A stretch of DNA of 64,000 nucleotides from the NCBI GenBank assembly GCA_964106915.2, contig OZ066918.1; one strand, written 5' to 3'. The position numbers and the translations under genes are program-made. The notes under the pieces are model-generated. The model was not told the DNA's origin. It worked only from the letters and a program-made list of their open reading frames with translations, and made no database searches. Shown one piece after another: positions 63,081 to 64,000 of the stretch. This DNA comes from Podarcis gaigeae (Eukaryota). The stretch's first letter is position 1. Each line of letters starts with the position of its first letter.

Positions 63081-63503
63081 CAGGTTAAGAACTTTGCTTC
63101 AGGATGAGAACAGAAATCGTGCTCCGGCAACACGGTGGCAGCGAGAGGCCCCATTAGCTAAAGTGGTACCTCAGGTTAAGAATAGTTTCAGGTTAAGAAC
63201 GGACCTCCAGAACGAATTACCGTATTTTTCGCTCTATAAGACGCACCAGACCACAAGACGCACCTAGTTTTTGGAGGAGGAAAAAGAGAGAAAAAAATTC
63301 TGAATCTCAGAAGCTAGAACAGCAAGAGGGATCGGTGCACAGTGAAAGCAGCAATCCCTCTTGCTGTTCTGGCTTCTGGGATAGCTGTGCAGCCTGCATT
63401 CGCTCCATAAGACACACACACATTTCCCCTTACTTTTTAGGAGGGAAAAAGTGAGTCTTATAGAGCAAAAAATACGGTAAGTTATTAACCCGAGGTATCA
63501 CCG
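63081..63503. mobile_element. Family A Tigger-like MITE, left end missing at the gap, with nested insertion
   Basis: 63081-63219 aligns to 14081-14219. The alignment resumes at 63480 to TAACCCGAGGTATCACCG|TA. Confidence 0.88.
63220..63477. mobile_element. Tc2/pogo-type MITE (CCGTATTTTT termini) nested in the family A MITE
   Basis: TIR CCGTATTTTTCGCTCTATAAGAC / GTCTTATAGAGCAAAAAATACGG (22/23). TA TSD at 63218-63219 and 63478-63479. Confidence 0.92.
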
Positions 63504-64000
63504 TACAGATAACGAATTTGTTCTATGCTGACTTAGCATTAAGATCTGTGTATTATGTTAGGTGGTGTTTAGATGCTCTAGAATAAAGGAGAGAAGCCTC
63601 TAGAAAAAAATTCATATGAGACATCTGTTAACCCTAGGTTCACAACTGTACTGAGCAGAAAGTACACTTCGCACTGCATCGTTGTCAGACTCCAGCTAGT
63701 CTTAGCTGCCCTGGCAGGTGGAAGGGAGCATTTTTTTCACTTGTAAATTTGCCACCAAAATTGCACAGATTGAAGGGAGTAGAAAACATATTGCTTTCTC
63801 TGTATATATCAATTCTCTTCCCAAGCAGAAATGTGTTTTAATGAAATCTGCTGGCAACGGTAAAATAATAGAATATTGCAAGTTGGAAACCTATGCATTG
63901 ATATCAGGACTTTCTTAAATGGAAAAAAGCACCCCAAAAAACAATGAAGCCGTAAAGGATAGCGCAGCATAGTAATGCAACGCTGCAGTAAACAATGAGG

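Noticed and set aside
62805-63267. ORFs spanning the N run
   Set aside because: Artefacts of the assembly gap and MITE sequence.
13660-64000. EPHB1 exon 3 (ligand-binding domain) or another nested gene
   Set aside because: No Eph ligand-binding-domain ORF appears in the track or by eye, so exon 3 must lie beyond the window end. Short or non-coding nested exons cannot be excluded without RNA data.

Overview
Vertebrate genomic DNA. The SINE content indicates a squamate reptile, probably a lacertid lizard. The whole window lies inside one minus-strand gene, the ephrin type-B receptor EPHB1. Only two coding exons are present: 13659-13504 (156 bp, Cys-rich/EGF-like region, equivalent to exon 4) and 2156-1821 (336 bp, first FN3 domain, equivalent to exon 5), both with canonical AG/GT boundaries and phase 1-1. 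The rest is intron, and the ~50 kb above 13660 is part of the very large upstream intron. The introns are dense in transposon relics: hAT/Charlie-type hairpin MITEs with 8-bp TSDs, Tc1/mariner-pogo MITEs with TA TSDs, PIF/Harbinger-like MITEs, Sauria, MIR-derived and other tRNA-derived SINEs, L2, CR1 and RTE LINE fragments, and three probable solo LTRs, several of them nested. There are also microsatellites, candidate enhancer-like stretches and a 200-N assembly gap. Nearly all ORFs in the track are spurious. I found no convincing new protein-coding system. The most unusual signal is a family of ~137-bp palindromic MITEs that share one hairpin core but carry different hAT termini (one set SPIN/URR1-like) and lie on both sides of exons 4-5. 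Repeat family names and gene identity come from recalled consensus sequences, not database searches.
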